A stretch of DNA of 64,000 bases from Patescibacteria group bacterium (GTDB taxonomy: Bacteria > Patescibacteriota > Patescibacteriia > JACQRZ01): the NCBI GenBank assembly GCA_038065255.1, contig JBBTRI010000006.1, positions 73,240 through 137,239 on the forward strand, given 5' to 3'. A program made the translations under genes and the position numbers. How positions within the stretch are numbered: the first letter of the stretch is position 1; the number at the start of each line of letters is the position of its first letter. The notes under the pieces were generated by a model. The model saw only the letters and a list, made by a program, of their open reading frames with translations, was not told the origin of the DNA and did no database searches. Positions 1 to 8,991 of the stretch are shown here, one piece after another.

Positions 1-334
1 GGTCACCAAGCGTTCTTTGAAACGCCGCCACCATATTCATATATGGGAAACTCCCTACAGTATTGATGGTGCGCGGGAGGTATGGGTTGGCGCTGTTCAT
101 TTTGACGAACGTATTAAACTGAAATCACGCATTCTTATCCCAGTTCACGCAATTGATCCGGATATCGATAGTGAGCGCGAGGCATTGCGCCAGGACTTTC
201 GCGCGCATGGCGTAAGTGCATCAGATGAAGAATTCCACATGGTGCAGCCTGCAAGCGGCAAAACGCTTGTCGGTGATGAATTTTTTACTGATGGAAAGGC
301 TGTTATAATCTATCTCGAACCAAATCGTTTTTAA
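1..334 (+). CDS. LssY C-terminal-like domain protein (5'-truncated by window edge)
   Basis: Frame is open from the window start. RHHIHIW...VWVGAVHFD...HAIDPDIDSERE...FFTDG pattern resembles LssY_C. Confidence 0.6.
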   Translation, partial: VTKRSLKRRHHIHIWETPYSIDGAREVWVGAVHFDERIKLKSRILIPVHAIDPDIDSEREALRQDFRAHGVSASDEEFHMVQPASGKTLVGDEFFTDGKAVIIYLEPNRF

Positions 335-2916
335 CGTTTCGCAAGCTGTCGAATGACAATAGGAATATATTGATCGTTATTCGTACTTTCGACTGCAAGT
401 TTTGTGACAATATGCACGGTGTAATGCCATGTTTCATTTTGCATGGGCGGGTTATCAAGAAATGATTTCTGGTTCAATGGAAGCCCCGAGGCTACTTGGC
501 GCCCAAGTTGCCCCTTTGCAAGCGAACGGTAGACAGAAACGGATTTTGCCGAGGTGAAATATGACGGAATATTCCATTGGACAAGATTTGAATACCCCTG
601 ACTTATAACTCGGATATTCTGCGGACCCAGTGCGGGAGCTGGAGAAATGGTAAGTGTCCAGGGAAATCCTTCGGATTCAAACCCACTGTCTTTTGCTACA
701 TTCACAAGCGTATAGGTATACGGTGTGAAAGGTTCGACATTGTTGTCATACCAACGAGTGGTTGTATTTTTGAACTCCGCGACAGAAATCCCTTTTGTAT
801 AGGGAACTGTTGATCGGTAAATGCGCGTGAGTAATTTTTTGTTGCCGGAATTTTTCCATGAGATTTTGACAGAATTGCCGGTACCTGTTTCAGATACATA
901 TACACCCGATGGTTCTGGAATGCCGGATGTATTTTTTATCAGTATATCTTGATGGGCAGGAGCTGGAGAAATGGGAAAATATCCCAATGATGCAATGTGT
1001 GTAGCGGGTACGGTAGTGATTTTTTGCGCTAACGTTGCGAATGTTCCTTTTTGTTCCAAGATGAGCCCTGCGTTATCAACAGCAGCCACTTTATAATAGT
1101 AGGTAGTCGATGGTTTGAGACCGTGGAGTTTGAATTGTCCTCCGAATTTTTTATCGTTATCTTCAAGAAGAATGTAGGGTCCTCCTTCTTGCGGCGCATA
1201 CATTATTTTCGCTGATGCAATTTTGGTCGTTCCCCAGTTTACTTCCGCGTAGGTTTCTTCTATTTTTGCAGGACCATAGGAATAAAAGTAAAATACTTGT
1301 TCATAGGGCTTGATCTCTATTGGAGGGGATGGCTGCTTTCCTTCGCGGACAGTGATAGAAGATTCAAAGCCGTTTGCGTCGGATGCCGCAATGTCATAGT
1401 AATAGGTTCTGCCTCCGTTCAGAGCCGTATCCGTATAATTGTTTCCTTTCACATTTTTTGCAATGAGCGTAGATACGCCCCGGTCTGTATCTGTGCGATA
1501 CACATTAAATGAAATGAATGCCACATTCACCGGTTCATCCCAGGAAAGTATGAGTGATGAGGTGAGCTTGGGATCGGCAACTCGCAGATTGCGCGGAGCT
1601 GACGCGAGCGTGAGCTTGGCAAACGAGCGGGAAAGAATCCGCTTTCCCAAAACAGGAATGCGCGGCTCGTCACTTGCTTCATTGACGTTCGTAAGGATGA
1701 TATCTTTTGTTTCTTTGACAAGCGGAAAATTCCACTTCAAAAAACTCTGGGAAAAATCAATGCGGGAAAAAGAACTGAGCAGATATACGAAGTAATTTGC
1801 TTTTTGGTATTTCAGGTCAAGCGTCAGGACAGTCGGGTCCTGGTGCCAGCTAGCCGGCTGTTCAACGACATACGGATAAGTGTTGTATGCGCGGAATGTC
1901 TTGCGCAATCCATCGTAGTACGAGAAGAGCATTTTTTGATTATTGGCTTCGCGTGCTGTCTGGGCAATCATGGCATTGAAAATCTCGCTGCGCTGTACCG
2001 TAGGCAAATTAGAAGAGGGGACTATTGTCGTGCCGACGGGGATGGTGAGCGAGGATGAGGGGACATTCAATGTGGAAAAAGGAATGGCAAAGAGTGTGTC
2101 AAAGTTGTCTTTGCGCGATATATACTCTTGGAGCGCTTTGTCATACTTGATGGTGGCGTACTGATCGAGCGTCGTGAAGAAGTCAAAACAGAGCCGCCCT
2201 TTGCCTTGCTTGGCGCACCATTCGTCGGAATAGAATTTTTCCATCACGTTGTTGACTTGTGAGTAGAGAACCACGCCATATAAGCCTTGTATCTCGGCAA
2301 AGCTGTCCGGAAGCGCGCTATCCCAGATATATCCGTCGGCTGTGCCACCTTGGGAAGGAGTGAATACGCGACCCATCTGTCGCAGAATATCCGCTGAGAG
2401 AGGCGCTCGGGGATCTTGTGCTATGAATGGAAAGGTAGTTTCAAAAAAATCATTACGGATATAGACGGCATTGCCAATGGCATACATAGGTACATCCTGG
2501 ATAAGTCTCCCATTGGGGCATGCACCGCTAGCGCCTGGCGCGCAGCGCTCCTCGATGATGAGTTCATGCTCCGGCCGTTCATAGCCCGTGAAATCTTTGA
2601 TGATCTCATATGCGAGCTGGTATTTCTGCAAATAAGGGCGCATGTCAAATGCAAGCTGCATATCGGCAACAGGAGTTTTGGGTGTGGTGACTTTCGTTGC
2701 AAGTCGAGCCGCATCCTGAGGGTGGAGACGCCAGCGGATATTACCGCAGGTGATTGATCCACTTGATGCAAACTCTTCAGCTGATGCATTGCAGTATTGC
2801 TGAGCGTCAACAGGGGTTGAATACAAAAATGATCCAATAAGGATTGTTGATAAGCCTATTCCCACTCCGACTATGTATTTCAGGGAGGCAATTAGACGAT
2901 TTTTTGTTGTATTCAT
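331..2916 (-). CDS. Secreted/surface protein with several fibronectin type III domains
   Basis: Start moved to ATG 2916 because the longer ORF overlaps its own promoter. N-terminal hydrophobic signal (..PVDA). Fn3 motifs APRNL..LSWDEP..FNVYR..YTDTAL..TYYYDIAA, GLKPSTTYYYKV and others. Confidence 0.8.
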   Translation of the reverse strand: MNTTKNRLIASLKYIVGVGIGLSTILIGSFLYSTPVDAQQYCNASAEEFASSGSITCGNIRWRLHPQDAARLATKVTTPKTPVADMQLAFDMRPYLQKYQLAYEIIKDFTGYERPEHELIIEERCAPGASGACPNGRLIQDVPMYAIGNAVYIRNDFFETTFPFIAQDPRAPLSADILRQMGRVFTPSQGGTADGYIWDSALPDSFAEIQGLYGVVLYSQVNNVMEKFYSDEWCAKQGKGRLCFDFFTTLDQYATIKYDKALQEYISRKDNFDTLFAIPFSTLNVPSSSLTIPVGTTIVPSSNLPTVQRSEIFNAMIAQTAREANNQKMLFSYYDGLRKTFRAYNTYPYVVEQPASWHQDPTVLTLDLKYQKANYFVYLLSSFSRIDFSQSFLKWNFPLVKETKDIILTNVNEASDEPRIPVLGKRILSRSFAKLTLASAPRNLRVADPKLTSSLILSWDEPVNVAFISFNVYRTDTDRGVSTLIAKNVKGNNYTDTALNGGRTYYYDIAASDANGFESSITVREGKQPSPPIEIKPYEQVFYFYSYGPAKIEETYAEVNWGTTKIASAKIMYAPQEGGPYILLEDNDKKFGGQFKLHGLKPSTTYYYKVAAVDNAGLILEQKGTFATLAQKITTVPATHIASLGYFPISPAPAHQDILIKNTSGIPEPSGVYVSETGTGNSVKISWKNSGNKKLLTRIYRSTVPYTKGISVAEFKNTTTRWYDNNVEPFTPYTYTLVNVAKDSGFESEGFPWTLTISPAPALGPQNIRVISQGYSNLVQWNIPSYFTSAKSVSVYRSLAKGQLGRQVASGLPLNQKSFLDNPPMQNETWHYTVHIVTKLAVESTNNDQYIPIVIRQLAKR

Positions 2917-2946
2917 AATGAAAATTAGAAGTAAAAGATTAATACA

Positions 2947-2975
2947 ATTATAGCACAAAAATGCCATTTTGTCAA
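2947..2975 (-). promoter_or_regulatory. sigma70 promoter of Fn3 protein gene
   Basis: Minus strand reads TTGACA-N17-TATAAT (perfect consensus) with TG extension. Confidence 0.8.
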
Positions 2976-3041
2976 TGCCAGCTTGTGTTGGCTTGGGCAT
3001 TTGCTATGCTTAAATAGCGATTTTATTATTTTTTATCAGAT

Positions 3042-3647
3042 ATGATTGAAGTTGAGAAAAAATTCCTTCTCAGTGATGAGGAGCGAGAACGGCTCTTGGA
3101 AGGAGCTGAGCTCGAAAGCGAGAGGACATTTACGGACACCTACTACGATACGAGCGATTATGCATTAACAACCAAAGATACGTGGTTTCGATTTCGGGAC
3201 GGTAAGTGTGAGCTCAAGGTACCACGAAAAATGGATGATTATGATGAGCGCGCAATTGATCAATATGATGAGCTTCTGACTGAGCAAGAAATACGGCAGT
3301 ATCTTAGCTTGCCTGCACACAAAACATTTAAAGAAGACTTGGAGTACTCAGGCTATCGGTCGATTGGGACTATCACGACACATCGTAAGGCCTGGCGCAA
3401 GGAAGGTTTCGGAATTGATATTGATTATACGGATACCGGCTATTCAGTTGGAGAGATCGAGTTGCTGGTTGAAGATTCAGAAGGCCTTGAAGAAGCATCA
3501 CGTAAAATTGTTGTATTTGCACAAAAGCATCAACTCACACTCACTCCTGTGCGCGGGAAGTTTGCAGAGCATATTCGCGTGCATAATCCTGAACACTTTC
3601 AATTACTCATTGATGTTGGAGTATTTCCGGCTTCACTCAAAGATTGA
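3042..3647 (+). CDS. CYTH domain protein (thiamine triphosphatase/adenylate cyclase-like)
   Basis: N-terminal IEVEKKF (ExExK) motif, DTYYD, WFRFR, ELK, GEIEL. Confidence 0.85.
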   Translation: MIEVEKKFLLSDEERERLLEGAELESERTFTDTYYDTSDYALTTKDTWFRFRDGKCELKVPRKMDDYDERAIDQYDELLTEQEIRQYLSLPAHKTFKEDLEYSGYRSIGTITTHRKAWRKEGFGIDIDYTDTGYSVGEIELLVEDSEGLEEASRKIVVFAQKHQLTLTPVRGKFAEHIRVHNPEHFQLLIDVGVFPASLKD

Positions 3648-3652
3648 TATGT

Positions 3653-3678
3653 AAAAAAACCTCTCTAGATGAGAGGTC
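3653..3678 (-). terminator. Intrinsic terminator (minus strand, possibly bidirectional)
   Basis: ACCTCTC-tagat-GAGAGGT hairpin preceded by A7 on the + strand. Confidence 0.6.
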
Positions 3679-4123
3679 GGGAAGGGAAGTGCGCAAGGCG
3701 GATACGCCACTGCGGTACGCCTTGTTCAGCGCATTCACGTCCTAATACAACAAGAGTAGATCTGAATTTTTTGGGCATAGTAGCAGCATGCTCTGCAAGC
3801 TCTCTACCAAGAGTGGGATCCATGGTTCCAATATGCCTCATGCCGATTGTTATCAGGCGATTAGTGCGGCGTTGCCATTGGATGTGTACACTCAGGGCAA
3901 GAATAGGGCGTACTTGTTGATCGGTAAGTCCTTTTTTGAGAAAGGAATGTTTTAAAACAAAGAACAATGCATCGCAGCTTGTTGCAAAAGCGGTATACCA
4001 TGTGTCTTTCAGCTTGAAGTAGTGAGCCGGATCACCAAGTTTTTCAGGAATCTCCAAATGATTATCTCGCATGGTACGTCGACTGCAGTGATGCCATGCG
4101 GATAATGCTATCGCCGGAAACAT
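3665..4123 (-). CDS. Hypothetical protein (start may be ATG 4072)
   Basis: Only long ORF in the gap and ends in a minus-strand terminator. No motif recognised. Confidence 0.5.
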   Translation of the reverse strand: MFPAIALSAWHHCSRRTMRDNHLEIPEKLGDPAHYFKLKDTWYTAFATSCDALFFVLKHSFLKKGLTDQQVRPILALSVHIQWQRRTNRLITIGMRHIGTMDPTLGRELAEHAATMPKKFRSTLVVLGRECAEQGVPQWRIRLAHFPSRPLI

Positions 4124-4204
4124 TTTTTGTAAAGATGCACCCCGCGCATAAGCGCTGTTTTTTTATTTGACTGCAGCATGAGTTTTTTATAGAGTAGAGG
4201 TACT

Positions 4205-5977
4205 ATGGGAGTAAACGTCATGCAGAACTTTACCGAAAGTGAGGAAGCACTCATACGTGCCTTTATTTTCACCAACCCCGGAGGAGATATTAGTTTTGTG
4301 TATCCGCAATCGCTGATTGCGGGAGAAGAACTCTCGCCATTGATGTCTGCTTATTCGCGTACCCATGTGCCTATGCAGGAGCGCGTATTGCAGTTCCTTG
4401 ATAAAGAAAAAACCGAGCAGACACGGGCAATGCTCCCGCATATCAAACCACTCATGGAGATTTTCAGAAATCCGGATGGCAGTCTCGCTCTTTCACGCCG
4501 CACGACCAATTTCAATGAAGAGTTTGTTCTGCTTCATGGCCACAGTTCGATTAAAGAAGAAACGAGCATCTTTGGCCACGTAGAGAATGTCTCAGATATT
4601 ACCATGAAAAAAATTACCGGGCATCCTCTCTGCAGACCGCAAGTGAAATCCACGCGCTACCTTTCCTATAAGAGTGCGCTTGATCTTGCACTTGAGGATG
4701 TAGATATCGTGTCGTTGCCGAATGCTGAAAAATTCATCGAATATCTTGCCTTCATGAATCGCCGCTATCTCGAAGTATCTGATCAGCTTACAGATTTTGT
4801 CGAACAACATCCCGATACCACTCTTGTCGTGCAGTACCTTTCAATGCCGGAGCAAGTAGAGAAGGCGACGGAAAAACGATTCGCGCGGCAAAAGAAAGGG
4901 GATCTGAATTATACTCCATCAACCGAAGAATGGGGCCGTGAGCGCGAGAAGGTCATAAAAAGCCTTGATCCCCAAGTAGTTAGAAAAGATATCGCGAAAT
5001 TTGTTTTAGACTCTTCGCGCGTATATCTGACTGCTGCCAATCGCACATCGCTTGGATTCTCTGTTGATGCACGGACACTCGAAGAAATTATCAGCGGACT
5101 CATCTCAAGTCCACGGCAGGAAGATCGTATGTTGGGCGCAAAACTCTGGGAAGAAGCTAAAAAAATCGCGCCGACGCTTTTGGGTGAACGCAGTCATGTC
5201 CGCGTGAGTCCATGGATGGTTCACAACGAAGATGTGCTGCGATCGACTATTGGAGATCTTCTTAAAGATGTTTTGGCTCATAATAGAGGAGGGAGATTTA
5301 TAAATTTGATTACTCCGCAAAAGATGAATATGTATTCGGATCGTTATAACGCTGCGCTTGTGGCGTTTGTTTATTCAGATGCTTCTCTGGAAGATATCTA
5401 TGAAGCGCTGACCGACAAAACGGCATCCGATATTCTGGAGAAAGCGCATGAGATGCGTGGAAGCTACGATATCTTACACCCTTCCATTTCTCACGGAGGT
5501 TTGATTGTCGAAATGGTTAGCGCCTACCATGGCTATCGTGATATGTATCGCCATCGGAGAGGCTCGCGTTCCGTACAACTTCTAACGACGCGTTTGGGAT
5601 TTGAAACACCTGAACTCCTCGTGCTTGCTGGCGTTGCCGATGACTATGAACGCGATATGAAGCACGCGAGCACACTCTATGAAGAAGCGCGTGCTGTCAG
5701 TGTCCATACGGCCGAAAAGCTTGTTCCCTTCGGCGCACTGTGTCGCGCGTTGCATTCCTGGCAGCCGGATCAGATTGGGTATGTGGGTCGCCTTCGTAGC
5801 TTTGCAGTAACCGGCAATATGTCGTACGTCAACCTGACGCGTGAACTGATTGCTGAAGTGGCAAAAATTATGCCGCAAACCGCGTCGTATTTTCGTTACG
5901 ATACGAGCGAGTATCCTGCGCATCTCTGGAAGGCGGGGTATGGATGGTATGATGCCGAGAGGAGGGGGAAAGTATGA
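4205..5977 (+). CDS. thyX: FAD-dependent thymidylate synthase, double Thy1-domain type
   Basis: SAYSR, HGHSSIKE, KSTRY in domain 1 and RDMYRHRRGS in domain 2. TTGACT-N17-TAGAGT promoter just upstream. Confidence 0.8.
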   Translation: MGVNVMQNFTESEEALIRAFIFTNPGGDISFVYPQSLIAGEELSPLMSAYSRTHVPMQERVLQFLDKEKTEQTRAMLPHIKPLMEIFRNPDGSLALSRRTTNFNEEFVLLHGHSSIKEETSIFGHVENVSDITMKKITGHPLCRPQVKSTRYLSYKSALDLALEDVDIVSLPNAEKFIEYLAFMNRRYLEVSDQLTDFVEQHPDTTLVVQYLSMPEQVEKATEKRFARQKKGDLNYTPSTEEWGREREKVIKSLDPQVVRKDIAKFVLDSSRVYLTAANRTSLGFSVDARTLEEIISGLISSPRQEDRMLGAKLWEEAKKIAPTLLGERSHVRVSPWMVHNEDVLRSTIGDLLKDVLAHNRGGRFINLITPQKMNMYSDRYNAALVAFVYSDASLEDIYEALTDKTASDILEKAHEMRGSYDILHPSISHGGLIVEMVSAYHGYRDMYRHRRGSRSVQLLTTRLGFETPELLVLAGVADDYERDMKHASTLYEEARAVSVHTAEKLVPFGALCRALHSWQPDQIGYVGRLRSFAVTGNMSYVNLTRELIAEVAKIMPQTASYFRYDTSEYPAHLWKAGYGWYDAERRGKV

Positions 5978-6639
5978 GTATAGAGGTTGTACGCACCTAT
6001 GATTTTACCGAACTGGAACGCAAACTTCGCTCGGTTCCTTTGATGAAAAAAGACGAACAGGGAAGCGAAATCTTCCCGTATCGGCACGCTGACATCCGTT
6101 TGCGGGAATTTCATGTCGGAGAAGTTAATCCTCCGACTTTTTATTTGTTGAAAAAAAACAATGAGTTTCAACAATCGCTTCGTCGCACACTTTGTGAACA
6201 GGGATATGATTCACTTCGTCTGACGGCACAAGCGGCCTCACTTGAACTGTTCAACACAGAGACCAATGAATACTGGACACTTATTCCTCCAATCATTGAA
6301 TCGACAGTGCGGACCATCCGCTATGTACCATTTGGTGATGAAATTGATTACGGACATGCGCCGACCACCGTTACTATCCAGCTTATTTGCGACGGAGCGC
6401 ATCGTGTTGCCATGCTGCGAGAGACAGGCGGAATGTTTGCGGGAATTAGTATTGTCGGATCCAACCCTCGGCATTCCTACTATGCGCATCCCAACGGATG
6501 GGATCAGGTCAGAGAAGTTGATGAAGTGCCCACAACACCGGAAGAAAAAAAATACTACCGATTCAAGGATTGCTATGCACTCTACAGAAACTTTGAGGAT
6601 ATCGGATGCGGCAAACCTCGGGGGTTCGGAGGGTCCTGA
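5974..6639 (+). CDS. Hypothetical protein with ParB/Srx-like DGxHR motif
   Basis: PPIIE...LICDGAHRVAML. ATGA overlap with the thyX stop. Confidence 0.6.
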   Translation: MSIEVVRTYDFTELERKLRSVPLMKKDEQGSEIFPYRHADIRLREFHVGEVNPPTFYLLKKNNEFQQSLRRTLCEQGYDSLRLTAQAASLELFNTETNEYWTLIPPIIESTVRTIRYVPFGDEIDYGHAPTTVTIQLICDGAHRVAMLRETGGMFAGISIVGSNPRHSYYAHPNGWDQVREVDEVPTTPEEKKYYRFKDCYALYRNFEDIGCGKPRGFGGS

Positions 6640-6649
6640 TCAACATACT

Positions 6650-7912
6650 ATGGCAAAAATTATTCAAATTGTAGGAACGTCCGGCAGTGGGAAATCGACT
6701 GTAGAGGAAAAACTTCGCGAGAAATTAACGGTCGACGGATATATTGTGGAAACGATCATCGAGCCGGGGCCGTTGAATACATTGGCGAAATCCTATCGTT
6801 TGCGACCTGACAAAAATCCTTGGATGGAGACAGCATTGTTTAGTGTTGATCGTTTTATGACCTATACGGAACGAGTGCTGCCAAGAATGCATGAGAAAAA
6901 TCTTATCTTTCTTTCGGTACGCGGGATCTATGATACTATTGTGTATCAGGGATTACGGGGAGGCATCGATATCGAAATGATTAAAAAAATGAATGATGCA
7001 ATTCTTTTTCCCGATCTGACGCTAGCACTTGTAGTTGAAGGGAGTATTGGATTCGAACGTGCGCTTGAACGAAAAAAGGAAACAGGAGAAGAGTTGAGCA
7101 GTAATGAAACGCCAGAAAAAATAGATTTACTTGGCAGTGCCTACAAACGATTGCCTGAATTATTCCCAAATCAATGCATCAACATTATTGATACGTCATA
7201 TCTGACAAAAGAGCAGACTGTCACTATCTGCTACGATCAGATTTGGTCGCTCTTATCATCGCGACCCGCGAACGAAAAACAAAAAATTCTTTCAATTGGT
7301 TTTGATTTGGATAACACGTTGTATAAACCGAACGCAGCAAATAACGAGCGCATTCGCGCCTGTGCATGCCGCCTTGCAAGCGAACAGGTGGGGAGGCCCT
7401 ATGAAGAATTTCGAGCTGCTTTCGATGGGCTGTATGCTAAACTTCAAAGCTGCCGCCAGACGCTCGGCGCACTCGGCGCAACAGATCTGGATGATATTAT
7501 GCAGCAAGCTTTAGAAAAAGGCGTGGATCTTTCTTTTTTAGAAAAAGACCCGCGTCTCAACGGCATCCTCCATGGATTGAAAAAGAACTATTCACTTTTT
7601 CTTATTACGACCAATTCTGAGTCAATGTCATTAAAAAAACTTGAAGCCATCGGTATTGATGTTGATCTTTTTCATCCAAGAATTTATGAGCTTGATCACG
7701 CGCCGCTTACGCGCAAAGATGGTTCGGCGTTCCGCCACGTTTCTAAAGCGCTTGGGATTGATCTTTCCCGTATGCTGTTTGTCGGCGATAGAGCGCAAAC
7801 AGATATTCTTCCTGCAAAAGAGCTTGGCATGGCAACGGCAATCGTGAATGCGCAATCGGTCCATGCGGATTACCAGCTCGATGAGATTTATCAGCTGGAG
7901 GAAGTGTTGTAA
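6650..7912 (+). CDS. tmk: Thymidylate kinase fused to HAD-family hydrolase
   Basis: Real start is ATG 6650. P-loop GTSGSGKST, EPG, ALFSVDR, VYQG, PDLT, followed by HAD motifs FDLDNTLY, TTN, FVGDRAQTD. Confidence 0.8.
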   Translation: MAKIIQIVGTSGSGKSTVEEKLREKLTVDGYIVETIIEPGPLNTLAKSYRLRPDKNPWMETALFSVDRFMTYTERVLPRMHEKNLIFLSVRGIYDTIVYQGLRGGIDIEMIKKMNDAILFPDLTLALVVEGSIGFERALERKKETGEELSSNETPEKIDLLGSAYKRLPELFPNQCINIIDTSYLTKEQTVTICYDQIWSLLSSRPANEKQKILSIGFDLDNTLYKPNAANNERIRACACRLASEQVGRPYEEFRAAFDGLYAKLQSCRQTLGALGATDLDDIMQQALEKGVDLSFLEKDPRLNGILHGLKKNYSLFLITTNSESMSLKKLEAIGIDVDLFHPRIYELDHAPLTRKDGSAFRHVSKALGIDLSRMLFVGDRAQTDILPAKELGMATAIVNAQSVHADYQLDEIYQLEEVL

Positions 7913-7990
7913 AAGAAGGAGCCAGATTGAATGTGTCAACAGGGGCATCCCTTCCATTTTTTATATCTAATGGTACACTGAAATTATTCT

Positions 7991-8980
7991 ATGAATTATA
8001 TAGTTACAGGCGGAGCCGGGTTTATCGGGAGTCACATGGTGGATCTTCTGATTAAAGAAGGGCACACTGTCATTGTGGTGGATAATTTATCCAGCGGACA
8101 CAGAGAAAATTTGGAACACCACGGGAATAATCAGCAGCTGATAACCTATCGGCGAAGTGTGTGCGACGGACTCGAAGATATTTTTGAGCATTTCACACCG
8201 ATTGCGGGGATTATCCATTTTGCCGGAGTTCCTGGCGTGCAGCTTTCCATTCAACATCCCGAAACAACCCATCATTTTAATCTCAATGGCACACTGAATT
8301 TGCTGGAAACAGCGCGGCGATTTGGCGTGAAGCGTATCATCTACTCGTCAAGCGCCGCTGTGTATGGCGACCAAGATGTGATGCCTCTGCGCGAAGATGT
8401 GCATCCGCATCCACTTTCGCCCTATGCGCTCCATAAGTTTACTGGCGAAGAATATTGCAGGCTCTATCAAAAGCTCTATGGGCTTGAAACGGTTGCATTA
8501 CGGTATATGAATGTGTTTGGTTCGCGACAGGATCCGGCCGGACCCTATGCTTCGGCAATCCCACGCTTTATCAATCTGCTCTTGCGTGGAGTGCCGCCTC
8601 GCATCAACGGCGATGGTGAACAGACGCGAGATTTTATCCACGTCGAGGATGTTGTTCGTGCAGTGAAGAGTGCGTTGATGTTAGATAACCAATCTATTTT
8701 TGGCCAGGCATTCAATATTGGGTCGGGAATGAGTATCTCGGTGAACGAAGTTGTGCGTCACATCGGTCGCATTGCAGAACAGGAGGTGCGTTCTGAGTAT
8801 GCCCCATCAGTTGTGGAGATTCGCCATTCATGCGCGGATATTTCAAAGGCAAAGGAATTGCTTGGGTGGGAGCCGCAAAAGAATTTGATAGATGGCTTGC
8901 ATGAAACATACCGCCATATGAAAAAGAGCGAAGAAATCATTCCGAGCGAGCCATATGCAATCGGATCACATTTGAGATAA
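7991..8980 (+). CDS. NAD-dependent nucleotide-sugar epimerase/dehydratase (GalE/WbpP-like SDR)
   Basis: VTGGAGFIGSH, SSAAVYG, SPYALHK (YxxxK), GDGEQTRDF. Confidence 0.9.
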   Translation: MNYIVTGGAGFIGSHMVDLLIKEGHTVIVVDNLSSGHRENLEHHGNNQQLITYRRSVCDGLEDIFEHFTPIAGIIHFAGVPGVQLSIQHPETTHHFNLNGTLNLLETARRFGVKRIIYSSSAAVYGDQDVMPLREDVHPHPLSPYALHKFTGEEYCRLYQKLYGLETVALRYMNVFGSRQDPAGPYASAIPRFINLLLRGVPPRINGDGEQTRDFIHVEDVVRAVKSALMLDNQSIFGQAFNIGSGMSISVNEVVRHIGRIAEQEVRSEYAPSVVEIRHSCADISKAKELLGWEPQKNLIDGLHETYRHMKKSEEIIPSEPYAIGSHLR

Positions 8981-8991
8981 TTTTCAGGATA

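Noticed and set aside
6242-6649. N-terminal 136 aa of the 556-aa ORF, suggesting an overlapping gene or frameshift
   Set aside because: It lies in an alternative frame of the 5974..6639 gene. The kinase P-loop starts right after ATG 6650, and I saw no evidence that the extension is translated.
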